From the NCBI GenBank assembly GCA_965223665.1, contig OZ245011.1, positions 3,488,001 through 3,552,000 of the forward strand: a DNA stretch of 64,000 nucleotides, read 5' to 3'. Made by a program: the position numbers and the translations under genes. Positions 28,569 through 38,893 of this stretch are shown here, in pieces. The notes beneath the pieces are model-generated. The model was not told the origin of the DNA. It searched no databases and saw nothing but the letters and a program-made list of their open reading frames with translations. The stretch is from Nitrospinaceae bacterium (GTDB taxonomy: Bacteria > Nitrospinota > Nitrospinia > Nitrospinales > Nitrospinaceae). Every line of letters starts with the position of its first letter. Position 1 is the stretch's first letter.

Positions 28569-30209
28569 TTAAAAACGTGCGCGGGTTAACTTAATATCAG
28601 CATTTCCCCAGATAGCTTCAAATCGTTTTTTTATTGCAGAGGCATCCTTGGTTTTCTTTTGGGCTTCTAAACTTTTCATCAGACCAAATAATGCCCACCC
28701 ATTGTCCTTATGTCGTTCCAGATCTTTTCGGAATACTCGTTCTGCCTCATCCCCATAACCTAATTCCAATAATACTGTTCCTAGTGAATGCCTTGCAGGG
28801 TAATACCAGGCAGGAGGCTCGTCGTATTTTAATTTATCTTCAGCATTAACCGCTTTGGTTAAATGGGAAAGAGCAGACTGAATTTTCTTTTGTTGGTAGG
28901 CAAGTTCACCTTCTAAAAGATGGTCAGCAATTACCAGTAAATCTGAAACATAATTGATATCCCAAAGTGAGATGTTTTTTAAGGAAGGATCTTCCATGAC
29001 CTTTTTCAAGTCTGCTAATTCTTTTTGTGCCTCCTTAACCTTTCCTAATGCAGTAAAAGCCCGACCCCGGGCGTAATGCCAAATACCTAGAGGAAAAACC
29101 ATATCTTTTTCGGGTTTGGGTGCTTTTAAAATTTCTTGCCATTTGCCAAATCTTACCCAAGCATAAAAAGGCATGACCCAATAGTTTTGCAGGGTCCCAT
29201 AACCAGGTTTGCGCATTTCTTGGCGATCTATTGCCTGAGAAAGTTGAATCGCTGCTTGAATTGCTTTTTTGCTCTGGCCGATATTTGCTGCTGCGATCCA
29301 TAAAAAATGTCGATTATGAGGCATATAAGCTAAAGGATAAATTCCTTTGGGTTTATTTTTAGATTTATAAGTTTCGTCATTTGTTATGGCATGCTCATTC
29401 ACTTTTGCGGCATCTTCATAACGGCCTATTCGCATATAAATGTGTGCTGGCATGTGCAGAAGATGGCCGGAATCAGGTGCTAATTCTCTTAATCGGTCAG
29501 CACTTTTCTCAGCACGCTGGGGATTGGGAGAAGCTTCAACCGCATGAATGTGTAAATGATTGGCACCCAATTGGTCAGGATCAATTTTTAATGCTGAATC
29601 AATAGTGTTAATAATTTCAGGTGTCCAAGGTTTAGGAGCGCCGGTTTTATCCCAATAGTCCCATGGGTGTAAATCCATCAGTGATTCAGCAAAAAGTGTG
29701 AGAACCATGGCGTCCTTGGGGAATTCTTTAGCGGCTTGTCTCATCGCATTTGCATAAGCCTGATCTAATAACTTTCTATCCTTGACTGGTTTGGGTGAAT
29801 AGCGTTGAGAAAGAGCCTTAATTAGAGCCTGATCTCTTGGAGATGCTGAGTCAGATAATTTTACTGCTGTTTGAGTAAGGTAGTAAGCCTCTGGTATGGC
29901 ATTATCCTCCATAGGAGCATTAATATTTGGACCCAAAACTAAAGCAGCTCCCCAATAACAAATTGCACATTTAGGATCTAGTTTTGCGGCCTCTTTAAAA
30001 ACTTTATTGGCTTCTGAATGATTAAATCCATATGTTAAAACCAAAGCACGATTGAGCAGGGTTTGTACATTTGTTTTCTTAGTTGGAACCTGCAGCTCCG
30101 GCTGGTTTTTAGGTTTAGTGTTTGACCTTTGAGTTATTGGGGTTTGCTGAGAAGCGCAACCAAAGATGCTTAAGATTAAAACAGCAAGAAAAATTTTATG
30201 AAAATTCAT
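28569..30209 (-). CDS. TPR-containing lipoprotein with His-rich motifs
   Basis: Lipobox IFGC, TPR-like helices, HLHIHAVE, GHLLHMPAH, YMPHNRHF. Confidence 0.8.
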   Translation of the reverse strand: MNFHKIFLAVLILSIFGCASQQTPITQRSNTKPKNQPELQVPTKKTNVQTLLNRALVLTYGFNHSEANKVFKEAAKLDPKCAICYWGAALVLGPNINAPMEDNAIPEAYYLTQTAVKLSDSASPRDQALIKALSQRYSPKPVKDRKLLDQAYANAMRQAAKEFPKDAMVLTLFAESLMDLHPWDYWDKTGAPKPWTPEIINTIDSALKIDPDQLGANHLHIHAVEASPNPQRAEKSADRLRELAPDSGHLLHMPAHIYMRIGRYEDAAKVNEHAITNDETYKSKNKPKGIYPLAYMPHNRHFLWIAAANIGQSKKAIQAAIQLSQAIDRQEMRKPGYGTLQNYWVMPFYAWVRFGKWQEILKAPKPEKDMVFPLGIWHYARGRAFTALGKVKEAQKELADLKKVMEDPSLKNISLWDINYVSDLLVIADHLLEGELAYQQKKIQSALSHLTKAVNAEDKLKYDEPPAWYYPARHSLGTVLLELGYGDEAERVFRKDLERHKDNGWALFGLMKSLEAQKKTKDASAIKKRFEAIWGNADIKLTRARF

Positions 30210-30303
30210 GTCGACCCTCAGGGAGTGGATAGAAAAAGCGATCTTTTTGGAAATTAAAAACTTGTGACTGTAATTATTATAAAGGACTAACTCATAATTA
30301 TGT

Positions 30304-30999
30304 TTAATTTATTGATTGATATGGGATGGGGTCTTTTTCTCCTATTTCTTCAAATCCTTTTAACCTAAGCAAACAGCTATCACAAATTCCACACGCCAGG
30401 CCTTCTCCATTAGGGTTATAACAACTGTGAGTCCAGCTAAAGTCAACTCCTAACAACAACCCTTTTCTAATGATATCTGCTTTGGAAAGATGAATTAGAG
30501 GAGTATGTATTTTAAATTTTGAGGATCCTTGAACTCCTGATTTTGTGGCAAGATTGGCTAAATTTTCAAAAGCCTGTATATATTCCGGGCGGCAATCGGG
30601 ATATCCACTATAATCCACTGCATTAACCCCGATAAAAATATTTTGGGAGTTATTTACTTCCGCTAGAGCTAATGCATAAGAGAGGAAAATTGTATTTCTG
30701 GCTGGAACGTAAGTAATGGGAATATCTGAAGCCATTTCTTTTTGAGATCGCTTAACGGGGACCTCAATATCATCGGTTAATGCCGAGCCTCCAAACTGTC
30801 TTAAGTCTATGGTAACTACCTTGTGCGATATTGCCCCCAAATGCTTTGATATGGATTGGGCTCGGTCTAATTCTAAGTAATGCCTCTGCCCATAATCAAA
30901 ACTTAGAGTAATGGGTGAAAATCCTTCCTTTTTGGCAATTGCCAAGGAAGTAGTAGAATCTAAACCTCCACTTAAAAGGACTATTGCAGTTTTTTTCAT
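30304..30999 (-). CDS. queC: 7-cyano-7-deazaguanine synthase
   Basis: [30 protein letters not shown]…CGICDSC. Confidence 0.96.
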   Translation of the reverse strand: MKKTAIVLLSGGLDSTTSLAIAKKEGFSPITLSFDYGQRHYLELDRAQSISKHLGAISHKVVTIDLRQFGGSALTDDIEVPVKRSQKEMASDIPITYVPARNTIFLSYALALAEVNNSQNIFIGVNAVDYSGYPDCRPEYIQAFENLANLATKSGVQGSSKFKIHTPLIHLSKADIIRKGLLLGVDFSWTHSCYNPNGEGLACGICDSCLLRLKGFEEIGEKDPIPYQSIN

Positions 31000-31013
31000 G
31001 AATTTAAAACCAA

Positions 31014-31041
31014 TTGACAATAAACAACTGTATTATATACT
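31014..31041 (+). promoter_or_regulatory. Putative sigma70 promoter of ffh-rpsP-trmD operon
   Basis: TTGACA (31014-31019), 16 nt, TATACT (31036-31041). Confidence 0.55.
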
Positions 31042-31094
31042 AGCTTGTTAACTTTGCTTAAACCCCCACAATATCAAAGGTTATAGAATAAATT

Positions 31095-32438
31095 ATGTTT
31101 GACAATTTATCCAACCGTTTGGAAGCAATTTACAAAAAGTTAAAAGGCCGCGGAAAACTAAAAGAATCCGATGTAGATGAAGCCCTTCGTGAAATTCGAA
31201 TGGCTCTCATAGAAGCCGATGTGAGTTTACCAGTAATTAAGTCTTTTTTGGCAGAAGTTCGAGAATTATCCATTGGCCAGGAAGTACTAATGAGTCTTAC
31301 TCCGGGCCACCAGATGGTTAAAATTGTCAATGACCATCTCGAAAAACTTCTTGGCGACGGGGTGACCGATATTAGCTTTTCCAATGAACCTCCGACTATC
31401 GTGTTAATGGTTGGACTTCAGGGTTCGGGAAAGACTACTACGGTGGGAAAATTGGCAAAAATGTGGAAAAAGCAAGGTAAGAATTGTTTATTGGTTCCTG
31501 CCGATGTTTATCGCCCAGCTGCAATCGAACAATTAAATGTTTTAGGAAAAGATCTGGAAATTGATGTTTACCAAGCGGGGGATGAAAAAGATCCTGTGGC
31601 AATTTGTGAAAAGGCCGTTGAACAGGCAAAAAAGGAATTACGTTATGCCGTAATTTTGGATACTGCCGGACGTCATCAAATTGATGACGATTTAATGGAT
31701 GAAATACGGTCGATTAAGGAAAAGATAGAGCCTGATGAAGTATTATTTGTAGCTGATTCCATGATGGGGCAGCAGGCAGTAAATGTTGCTCAATCATTCA
31801 ATGAAACGGTTGGAATTGATGGTGTTGTTTTAACGAAAATGGATGGTGATGCCCGAGGTGGGGCAGCATTATCCATCAAATCAGTAACTGGAAAACCGAT
31901 AAAATTTATTGGCACCGGTGAAAAATTAGATGCCTTAGAGCCTTTTCATCCTGATCGAATTGTTTCCCGAATTTTAGGAATGGGAGATGTCATGAGCCTT
32001 ATTGATAAGGCAGAAGAGGCTTATGACTTGGAACAAAAAGAGCAACTTGAGAAAAAGATAAAAAAGAACTCTTTTGATTTGGAAGATTTCAGGGATCAAC
32101 TTCAACAGGTTAGGAAAATGGGATCAATGCAAGACTTGCTGGGCATGATTCCGGGTGGCAAAAAATTGAAAGGTTTAAAAATAGATGATAGTGCTTTTAC
32201 CCAGGTAGTGGCAATTATTAACTCTATGACCCCAAAAGAAAGGGCCAACCACAACGTCATTAATGGTAGCCGAAAAAGAAGAATTGCCCGTGGAAGTGGA
32301 ACATCTGTGAGCGAAATCAATAAACTATTAAAACAATTTGCTCAAATGAAAAAGATGATGAAGAAGTTTTCCCGTGGAGGTTTGCAGGGATTTAATTTGA
32401 AAAATATGATGGGCGGAAGAGGTATGAGTCCATTTTAA
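31095..32438 (+). CDS. ffh: Signal recognition particle protein
   Basis: GLQGSGKTT, DTAGR, TKMDGDARGGAALS, Met-rich M domain. Confidence 0.98.
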   Translation: MFDNLSNRLEAIYKKLKGRGKLKESDVDEALREIRMALIEADVSLPVIKSFLAEVRELSIGQEVLMSLTPGHQMVKIVNDHLEKLLGDGVTDISFSNEPPTIVLMVGLQGSGKTTTVGKLAKMWKKQGKNCLLVPADVYRPAAIEQLNVLGKDLEIDVYQAGDEKDPVAICEKAVEQAKKELRYAVILDTAGRHQIDDDLMDEIRSIKEKIEPDEVLFVADSMMGQQAVNVAQSFNETVGIDGVVLTKMDGDARGGAALSIKSVTGKPIKFIGTGEKLDALEPFHPDRIVSRILGMGDVMSLIDKAEEAYDLEQKEQLEKKIKKNSFDLEDFRDQLQQVRKMGSMQDLLGMIPGGKKLKGLKIDDSAFTQVVAIINSMTPKERANHNVINGSRKRRIARGSGTSVSEINKLLKQFAQMKKMMKKFSRGGLQGFNLKNMMGGRGMSPF

Positions 32439-32510
32439 TTTCTATTTTTGTGTTTTTTTGAATATAGTAGCGTTTATCTTTAACATTTTTCTTACAAAGG
32501 GGAGAAAATT

Positions 32511-32759
32511 TTGGCAGTAGTAATTCGATTGAGCAGACGAGGAGCAAAAAAGAGACCATTCTATAGAATTGTGGCTACAGATTCGCGGTCACCGAGAGAT
32601 GGTAAATTTCTGGAGGTAATTGGAACATTTGATCCTTTAAAAGAAGAAGATGGGTGTTTAGTTGATGCGGAAAAGGCTCAGAGTTGGTTGCAAAAAGGTG
32701 CACGTCCCTCCAGGACGGTTGCCTCTTTATTAAAAAAAGCCGGGGTAGGGCTATCTTAA
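32511..32759 (+). CDS. rpsP: 30S ribosomal protein S16
   Basis: [29 protein letters not shown] start. Confidence 0.97.
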   Translation: MAVVIRLSRRGAKKRPFYRIVATDSRSPRDGKFLEVIGTFDPLKEEDGCLVDAEKAQSWLQKGARPSRTVASLLKKAGVGLS

Positions 32760-32859
32760 GCTTGGGATCTTTTGATCTCTTCGTGACTCGAGTCTAGAGC
32801 ACATTTCGAATTGAAACCAGTGCGGACACCTAATATTGAGCTTGTTGGAGGAATCGGGC

Positions 32860-33090
32860 ATGAAGGATCTAATTTCTTACATCGCAAAAGCTTTGGTGGA
32901 CTTTCCTGATCAAGTTGACATCCGTGAAGTTGAGGGTGAAAAAACAACCGTATTAGAATTACGAGTGGCAAAAGATGATCTGGGTAAGGTGATCGGGAAA
33001 CAGGGGAAAACCGCTAGAGCTATGCGAACTATATTAAATGCAACAGCCACTAAATTGAAGAAAAGAGCCGTTTTAGAGATCATTGAATAA
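32860..33090 (+). CDS. khpA: KH-domain RNA-binding protein KhpA/YlqC
   Basis: [24 protein letters not shown] before ATG at 32860. Confidence 0.92.
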   Translation: MKDLISYIAKALVDFPDQVDIREVEGEKTTVLELRVAKDDLGKVIGKQGKTARAMRTILNATATKLKKRAVLEIIE

Positions 33091-33093
33091 TAC

Positions 33094-33612
33094 ATGGAAC
33101 GGGTTTCTATCGGAAAATTTACCAAAACTCATGGGCTAAAGGGAGAATTAAAGTTCCATCCTTTTTGGGATGATTCAGAGATTTTATCGGAGATTAAAAA
33201 AGGTCTCCTCAACAACCCCATTGAGTTGGAATCAAAATTTCAAATCGAACAAATAAGGTTTCAGGGGAAAAGGTGGATCGTAAAAATTAAAGGGTGCGAT
33301 TCCATAGACCAAGCCAAAACCTTTGTGGGGCAGACCTTAAAAGTTTCTAGTAATTATTTCCCACCTTTGCCGGAAGGCGAATATTATTGGTTCGAAATTG
33401 AGGGTTTAAAAGTTTTCGATGATGCCGGGCGCTACCATGGAATCGTCACAGAGATCATTGCGACTGGAAGTAACGATGTTTATGTGGTAAAGGATGACGA
33501 TAAAGAGCTACTTCTTCCAATGATTGATTCTGTGGTTAAAACGATCGATTTGGAAAAACGAATTTTAATTTTTCATATCATCGAGGGTTTGCTTGAAGAC
33601 CATCCTGTTTGA
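33094..33612 (+). CDS. rimM: Ribosome maturation factor RimM
   Basis: [21 protein letters not shown]; operon position. Confidence 0.95.
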   Translation: MERVSIGKFTKTHGLKGELKFHPFWDDSEILSEIKKGLLNNPIELESKFQIEQIRFQGKRWIVKIKGCDSIDQAKTFVGQTLKVSSNYFPPLPEGEYYWFEIEGLKVFDDAGRYHGIVTEIIATGSNDVYVVKDDDKELLLPMIDSVVKTIDLEKRILIFHIIEGLLEDHPV

Positions 33613-34288
33613 CATCGTATCCATTTTCCCAAAGATGTTTGACTCTCCTTTTGCTGAGAGCATATTAAAGCGCGCTCGGGAAAAAAAGCTAATTGATTTA
33701 TATTTCCATGATCTCCGAGCTTATACTCTGGACAAACACAAGAATGTGGATGATTATCCTTTTGGTGGTGGAGCCGGCATGGTGATGAATGTTGAACCCA
33801 TTGATAGAGCTCTTACTGCAATTAAGGAGAACCGGCCTCAGGCCCATTCTATTCTACTGACTCCCTCTGGAAAATTATTCACCCAATCTAAGGCTCGTGA
33901 GCTTTCATTGAAAAAAGAGATAATTTTAATATGCGGTAGGTATGAAGGGGTTGATGAACGAGTTCGCCTCTTAGTGGAAGAAGAAATATCTGTTGGAGAT
34001 TATGTTTTATCGGGGGGAGAAATTCCAGCTATGACAATTGTTGATGCCGTGTCCCGATTAGTTCCAGGAGTTTTAGGAGATGAAGAAAGTTTAAATGAGG
34101 AATCCTTTAGTGCGGGTTTATTGGAGTACCCTCAGTACACTCGGCCACAAAATTATAAAGGCTGGCAAGTTCCTGATGTTCTTCTTTCAGGAAACCATAA
34201 GGAAATTGAAAACTGGCGGCGTGAGGAATCATTAAAAAAAACAGCAACGAATCGACCAGATTTATTAAAAAAATACCTATCCGATTGA
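33593..34288 (+). CDS. trmD: tRNA (guanine-N1)-methyltransferase
   Basis: [38 protein letters not shown]. Confidence 0.97.
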   Translation: MKTILFDIVSIFPKMFDSPFAESILKRAREKKLIDLYFHDLRAYTLDKHKNVDDYPFGGGAGMVMNVEPIDRALTAIKENRPQAHSILLTPSGKLFTQSKARELSLKKEIILICGRYEGVDERVRLLVEEEISVGDYVLSGGEIPAMTIVDAVSRLVPGVLGDEESLNEESFSAGLLEYPQYTRPQNYKGWQVPDVLLSGNHKEIENWRREESLKKTATNRPDLLKKYLSD

Positions 34289-34315
34289 ACCGGAAAAGAA
34301 TGGACCTTTGAAATC

Positions 34316-34894
34316 TTGTCCCATAATACCCAAAATAGAATTTATGTAGCCCTGGTGCATTTCCCGGTTTATAACAAATCTGGCGATATTGTCACCTCTT
34401 CGGTAACCACCCTTGATGTGCATGATATTTCGCGAATTTGTTGCACATACAATGTGGAGGCATTTTTTGTTGTAACTCCATTAAAAACGCAGCAGGAACT
34501 AGTACAGCGAATGATGGATCATTGGTTGTCGGGTTACGGAGCAGAATACAATCCTACAAGGAAAGAGGCCTTACTCCAAACCCAGGTTGTAAATATTCTG
34601 GATGAGGCAATTCAGGAGATTTTAGAAAAGGAAGGGAAAAAACCTTTAGTTGTTATTCCCGATGCAAAATCATTTCCCCAAAGCCAACCCTATTCACGAA
34701 TTAAAAATGAAATTTCCCAGGACCAACCCTTTTTACTTGTGTTTGGAACAGGATGGGGATTAGAGCGTGGATTGGTCGAACGTGCGGATTACGTTTTAGC
34801 ACCTATTGAGGGATTAAATGGATACAATCACTTACCCGTCAGAGCAGCGGTGGCAATTATTTTGGACCGATTATTGTCTAAAGGTTCAGGGTAA
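34316..34894 (+). CDS. SPOUT-family RNA methyltransferase (DUF2168/TM1570-like)
   Basis: ALVHFPVYNK, DVHDISR, FGTGWGL, YNHL.VR.AVAIILDRL. Confidence 0.85.
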   Translation: MSHNTQNRIYVALVHFPVYNKSGDIVTSSVTTLDVHDISRICCTYNVEAFFVVTPLKTQQELVQRMMDHWLSGYGAEYNPTRKEALLQTQVVNILDEAIQEILEKEGKKPLVVIPDAKSFPQSQPYSRIKNEISQDQPFLLVFGTGWGLERGLVERADYVLAPIEGLNGYNHLPVRAAVAIILDRLLSKGSG

Positions 34895-34995
34895 GACGGT
34901 TAAAACCTTATTAAAATGGATAGTATTGGATAATTTTATTTGAGTTTAGGGTTCCAAATCTGGTAACATCCCAAGTTCAATCCAAGGAGAAAAGC

Positions 34996-35418
34996 ATGAA
35001 TTTGGTCGATCAAATTGAAAAACAAGAAATGAAGAAAGAAACCTCTCCGGTCCGAATTGGAGATACGGTTCGAGTTCATATGCGAATCGTTGAGGGAGAA
35101 AAGGAACGGGTTCAGGTCATTGAAGGCGTGGTCATTAAAATGCGGGGCAGTCAGAATCGCAAAACGATCACGGTTCGTAAAGTGTCCTTTGGAGTAGGTG
35201 TAGAAAGAATTTTCCCATTGCATTCTCCACGTGTTGAAAAAGTGGAAATTACCAAACATGCAAAAGTGCGTCGTGCGAAATTGTATTTTTTACGTGAGCG
35301 ACGAGGTAAAGCGGCTCGCTTAAAAGAAATCAAGATCTCCCCACCAAAATCAGAGAAATCCAAGAAAAAAGGTAAAAAAGCAAAAGCTAAAAAAGCGGCG
35401 GCAGCTAAAGAAGCATAA
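34996..35418 (+). CDS. rplS: 50S ribosomal protein L19 with Lys/Ala-rich tail
   Basis: [33 protein letters not shown]. Confidence 0.97.
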   Translation: MNLVDQIEKQEMKKETSPVRIGDTVRVHMRIVEGEKERVQVIEGVVIKMRGSQNRKTITVRKVSFGVGVERIFPLHSPRVEKVEITKHAKVRRAKLYFLRERRGKAARLKEIKISPPKSEKSKKKGKKAKAKKAAAAKEA

Positions 35419-35430
35419 TTCCCATGAACT

Positions 35431-35464
35431 AAAAAAAGCCAGGCTGCTAAGCCTGGCTTTTTTT
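35431..35464. terminator. Bidirectional Rho-independent terminator
   Basis: A7-GCCAGGCT loop AGCCTGGC-T7 between convergent rplS and M48 genes. Confidence 0.92.
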
Positions 35465-35485
35465 ATGTTGTTTTTTGGCTCAACA

Positions 35486-36418
35486 TTATCTTGGGGTTAA
35501 CGCTTCCCTACTGGTTGTTCCAGGACGGGTTTGCCTAGTTGTAGTTGGAGTTTGGCTTGAAGGCGCAGTTGTACTTTTTAATCGATCTTTATTTAGTGCT
35601 AATAATAAAGACTCACCTAGCCCATATTTATTCGGGTTGCGATTATAAACACTCATGGATTTGGGCAATAATTTCCGGATATCGGCAATACGAGTTTGGT
35701 CCGAAGGATGAGTAGACAATAGTTCCGGTGGCGCTTTTCCCTGTTTCATCGATTGCATTCGTTTCCAAAATCGTTCTGCCTCCCTTGGGTCGTACCCGGC
35801 CTCGGCCATGAAGGCCATACCGATCTCATCTGCTTCAGATTCGTTCCCTCTGCCAAAGGGTAAAATGACACCAACGTTAGCTCCTACACCCAGAGCAGCC
35901 ATAATTGAGTTATGATATGGGCTACCACTTAAGGAAATAGCCGCAGCAGCTAACCCTGCTTGAACTAAACTCTGTTGAGTCATGCGTTGTCCCCCGTGCC
36001 TTGCAATCACGTGTGCGATTTCATGACCCATGACAGCTGCCAATCCCGCCTCATTAGCACAAACGGGTAATATTCCTGTATAAACTGCCACCTTGCCCCC
36101 GGGGAGGGCAAAGGCATTTAACTGCTTGGATTCGATGACCCTGAATTCCCATTGTAAATTTTTAAACGCAGGGTCTTTTACGAGTTTATTAGAAGCTTCA
36201 AGAACCCTTTTCCCGACTCGTTCTACAATTCGAATTAATTGTTCATTTGTAGAAGGAGTTTCCTTTTGCAGAATCTCTTGAAAAGCTTGCACCCCCATTT
36301 TGTTTTCTTGGTCTGCGGACGTAATAATAAAAGCCTGTTTTTTCGAAACCGGTGTAGTGGTACAGGAGACAATTAGGAGTGCAATACAGCCAATTAAGAT
36401 TAATTTTATTGTTTTCAT
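35486..36418 (-). CDS. M48-family zinc metallopeptidase lipoprotein
   Basis: Lipobox IVSC, NAFALPGG, HEIAH, ESEAD, LSTHP. Start trimmed to MKTIK. Confidence 0.92.
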   Translation of the reverse strand: MKTIKLILIGCIALLIVSCTTTPVSKKQAFIITSADQENKMGVQAFQEILQKETPSTNEQLIRIVERVGKRVLEASNKLVKDPAFKNLQWEFRVIESKQLNAFALPGGKVAVYTGILPVCANEAGLAAVMGHEIAHVIARHGGQRMTQQSLVQAGLAAAAISLSGSPYHNSIMAALGVGANVGVILPFGRGNESEADEIGMAFMAEAGYDPREAERFWKRMQSMKQGKAPPELLSTHPSDQTRIADIRKLLPKSMSVYNRNPNKYGLGESLLLALNKDRLKSTTAPSSQTPTTTRQTRPGTTSREALTPR

Positions 36419-36513
36419 GCCCCAATTATATGATTCCTGTGATGAAAATTGCAACACCAGTTTTAAGTTGATTGGTCCAGGGATATACCCTATGATCTGC
36501 TTAGGGTTTTCCT

Positions 36514-37116
36514 ATGTTAGATCACGAAACCAAAGCCAAAAGAGAAGGATACCGTTGTATCGCAGGCATTGATGAAGCCGGGAGGGGGCCGCTTGCCGGA
36601 CCGGTAGTTGCGGCTGCGGTGGTTTTGCCCTTAGATATTGATTTTAATGGCTTAACTGACTCTAAAAAATTATCCCCAAGCCAAAGAGATCAATTTTTTG
36701 AAAAAATTCAAAAATCCAGCCTGGGTTACGGTATTGCAATTGTAGGCCCACAAGTTATTGATAAAATAAATATTTTGCAATCGGCCCTATTAGCGATGAA
36801 GCAAGCTGTGGATAATCTTCCTTTTATCCCGGATTTACTTTTAATTGATGGGAACAAGGCAATTGACTCTTCTTTAACTCAAAAACCCATTGTGGGGGGA
36901 GATGGTTGCAGTTTGTCAATTGCAGCAGCTTCAGTACTAGCAAAGGTAACCCGTGATCGAATAATGGAGGATTATCATAATGAGTTTCCAAAATATGAAT
37001 TTGCTAAGCACAAAGGCTATGGTACAAAGTTGCATAAGGAGCGCATTCGCCTTTTGGGACCTTGCCCTATTCACAGAAAAACCTTTAAAGGTGTGAAAGA
37101 ATTTCTCCCTTCCTGA
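36514..37116 (+). CDS. rnhB: Ribonuclease HII
   Basis: GIDEAGRGPLAGPV, DSKKL, LIDG, SIAAAS.LAKV.RD, HKGYGT. Confidence 0.97.
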   Translation: MLDHETKAKREGYRCIAGIDEAGRGPLAGPVVAAAVVLPLDIDFNGLTDSKKLSPSQRDQFFEKIQKSSLGYGIAIVGPQVIDKINILQSALLAMKQAVDNLPFIPDLLLIDGNKAIDSSLTQKPIVGGDGCSLSIAAASVLAKVTRDRIMEDYHNEFPKYEFAKHKGYGTKLHKERIRLLGPCPIHRKTFKGVKEFLPS

Positions 37117-37137
37117 CGGAGGGTTCTATTAAATTTT

Positions 37138-38880
37138 ATGCATTCTCAATTTAAACATAAATGGAAATTTGCTGATCCAGTAATGGAAACGGTAGAACAA
37201 TTAGTGGAAAAATTAAAAGTTTCTCACATTTTAGGGAAACTGATGGTTAATCGTGGAATCCAGAGTATTGAGGAAGGTAAATTTTTTTTAGAAGCACAGT
37301 TGAATAATTTACCTGATCCTTTTGAAATGCGAGGAATGAAAGAAGCGGTAGAACGTATAATTACTGCCATTAAAAATCGTGAACAAATTACGATTTTTGG
37401 TGATTATGATGTGGATGGAGTCACTTCCACTGCCTTAATGATTCATTTCTTTCGGGAATTAAATACACCCTTTGACTATTATTTGCCGGATCGTATGGAA
37501 GAAGGTTATGGAGTAAATGAGGATGCCTTAGATGAAATTAAATCTCGTGGTAGTTCTATTGTGATCACTGCTGATTGCGGTATTACTGCTGTAAAGCAAG
37601 TAGATTATGCGCAGTCAATTGGGTTAGATGTGATAGTTACAGATCATCACCAAATTAGTGATGAAGGACTTCCCAAAGCTTTAGCAATTTTAAATCCGCA
37701 TCAGCCGGACTGTGATTATCCATTTAAATTTTTAAGCGGTGTGGGTATTGTTTTTAAATTTGCATTAGGTATTCGACGAGGACTTTTAGACGCAGGTTGG
37801 AAGGCAAACGACCTGCCAAATCTGAAACAACATCTCGATTTATTTACACTGGGTACTATTGGAGATATGGCACCTTTAACTGGTGAGAACCATGTTCTTA
37901 CTTCTCATGGTTTGGAGGAAATGCGTATATCAACTAAACCCGGGTTAGTCGCTTTGAAATCTATTGCCGGTATAAATGGGAAAGTGGATTCCTTTTCGAT
38001 AGGGTTTGGATTGGGTCCTCGTTTAAATGCTGCGGGTAGACTGGGCAAAGCCGACCATGGGCTTGATTTATTGGTTTCTTCAAATTTAAACGATGCAATG
38101 GATATTGCAAAACAGTTGGATTGTTTAAATGAAGAACGTAAAGAAACTCAAAAGTGGTCTCAAAAAGAAGCGGAATATTTAATTGAGCGTCAAGTTGATT
38201 TAGAAAAAGATCGTGTCATTGTATTGGCATCAGAAAATTTTCATCAGGGAGTGATAGGGATTGTTGCCGCAAAAATTGTTCAAATGTTTTATAGGCCCAC
38301 TGTTCTGATTGCCCTTAAGGATGGCGTAGGCAAGGGTTCCGCCAGAAGTATACCAACATTTAATTTGTTTAAAGCTTTTACTAATTGTTCAGAGCATCTA
38401 ATTAGATATGGGGGGCATGCGTACGCTGCAGGATTAAATATTGAAGAAAACAAAATCGATGATTTTCGAAAGGCCATTAATGAAGTAGGCCATCAATTTT
38501 TAACGGATGATAAATTGATTCCGGAAATTAATGTGGATACAACTGTTTTATTTAGAGATCTAACTCCGGAGTTTTTTGATTGTGTACAAAACTTAGGTCC
38601 TTTTGGTCAAGTCAATACTCAACCTGTTTTTCATTCAAAAGCAATTCAAGTTCGTGACTTAAAATGGATTGGAAAGGAAAAAAATCATGTTCGGTTTCGC
38701 GCATTTCAAGAAGGAGATAGTATAAATGTTATAGGGTTTAAGCTGGCCTCTGTAGTTAAAAAACTGGATTTAGAGCAACCTATGGATATTGTTTATGAGC
38801 TTCATCCCAACGATTGGAACGGGCGGCTAAATCTTGAGTTGAAACTTATCGATATAAAACCAAGCCAAAATTTAGACTGA
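37138..38880 (+). CDS. recJ: ssDNA-specific exonuclease RecJ
   Basis: GDYDVDG, TADCG, TDHH, PRLNAAGR, GSARS, GGH..AAG. Confidence 0.97.
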   Translation: MHSQFKHKWKFADPVMETVEQLVEKLKVSHILGKLMVNRGIQSIEEGKFFLEAQLNNLPDPFEMRGMKEAVERIITAIKNREQITIFGDYDVDGVTSTALMIHFFRELNTPFDYYLPDRMEEGYGVNEDALDEIKSRGSSIVITADCGITAVKQVDYAQSIGLDVIVTDHHQISDEGLPKALAILNPHQPDCDYPFKFLSGVGIVFKFALGIRRGLLDAGWKANDLPNLKQHLDLFTLGTIGDMAPLTGENHVLTSHGLEEMRISTKPGLVALKSIAGINGKVDSFSIGFGLGPRLNAAGRLGKADHGLDLLVSSNLNDAMDIAKQLDCLNEERKETQKWSQKEAEYLIERQVDLEKDRVIVLASENFHQGVIGIVAAKIVQMFYRPTVLIALKDGVGKGSARSIPTFNLFKAFTNCSEHLIRYGGHAYAAGLNIEENKIDDFRKAINEVGHQFLTDDKLIPEINVDTTVLFRDLTPEFFDCVQNLGPFGQVNTQPVFHSKAIQVRDLKWIGKEKNHVRFRAFQEGDSINVIGFKLASVVKKLDLEQPMDIVYELHPNDWNGRLNLELKLIDIKPSQNLD

Positions 38881-38893
38881 GAATTTTTATTGT

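Noticed and set aside
32755-32815. Cluster of restriction sites (HindIII, XhoI, XbaI, BstBI) resembling a polylinker
   Set aside because: It sits in a natural conserved operon with no other vector sequence, and the sites are not contiguous as in a cloning site.
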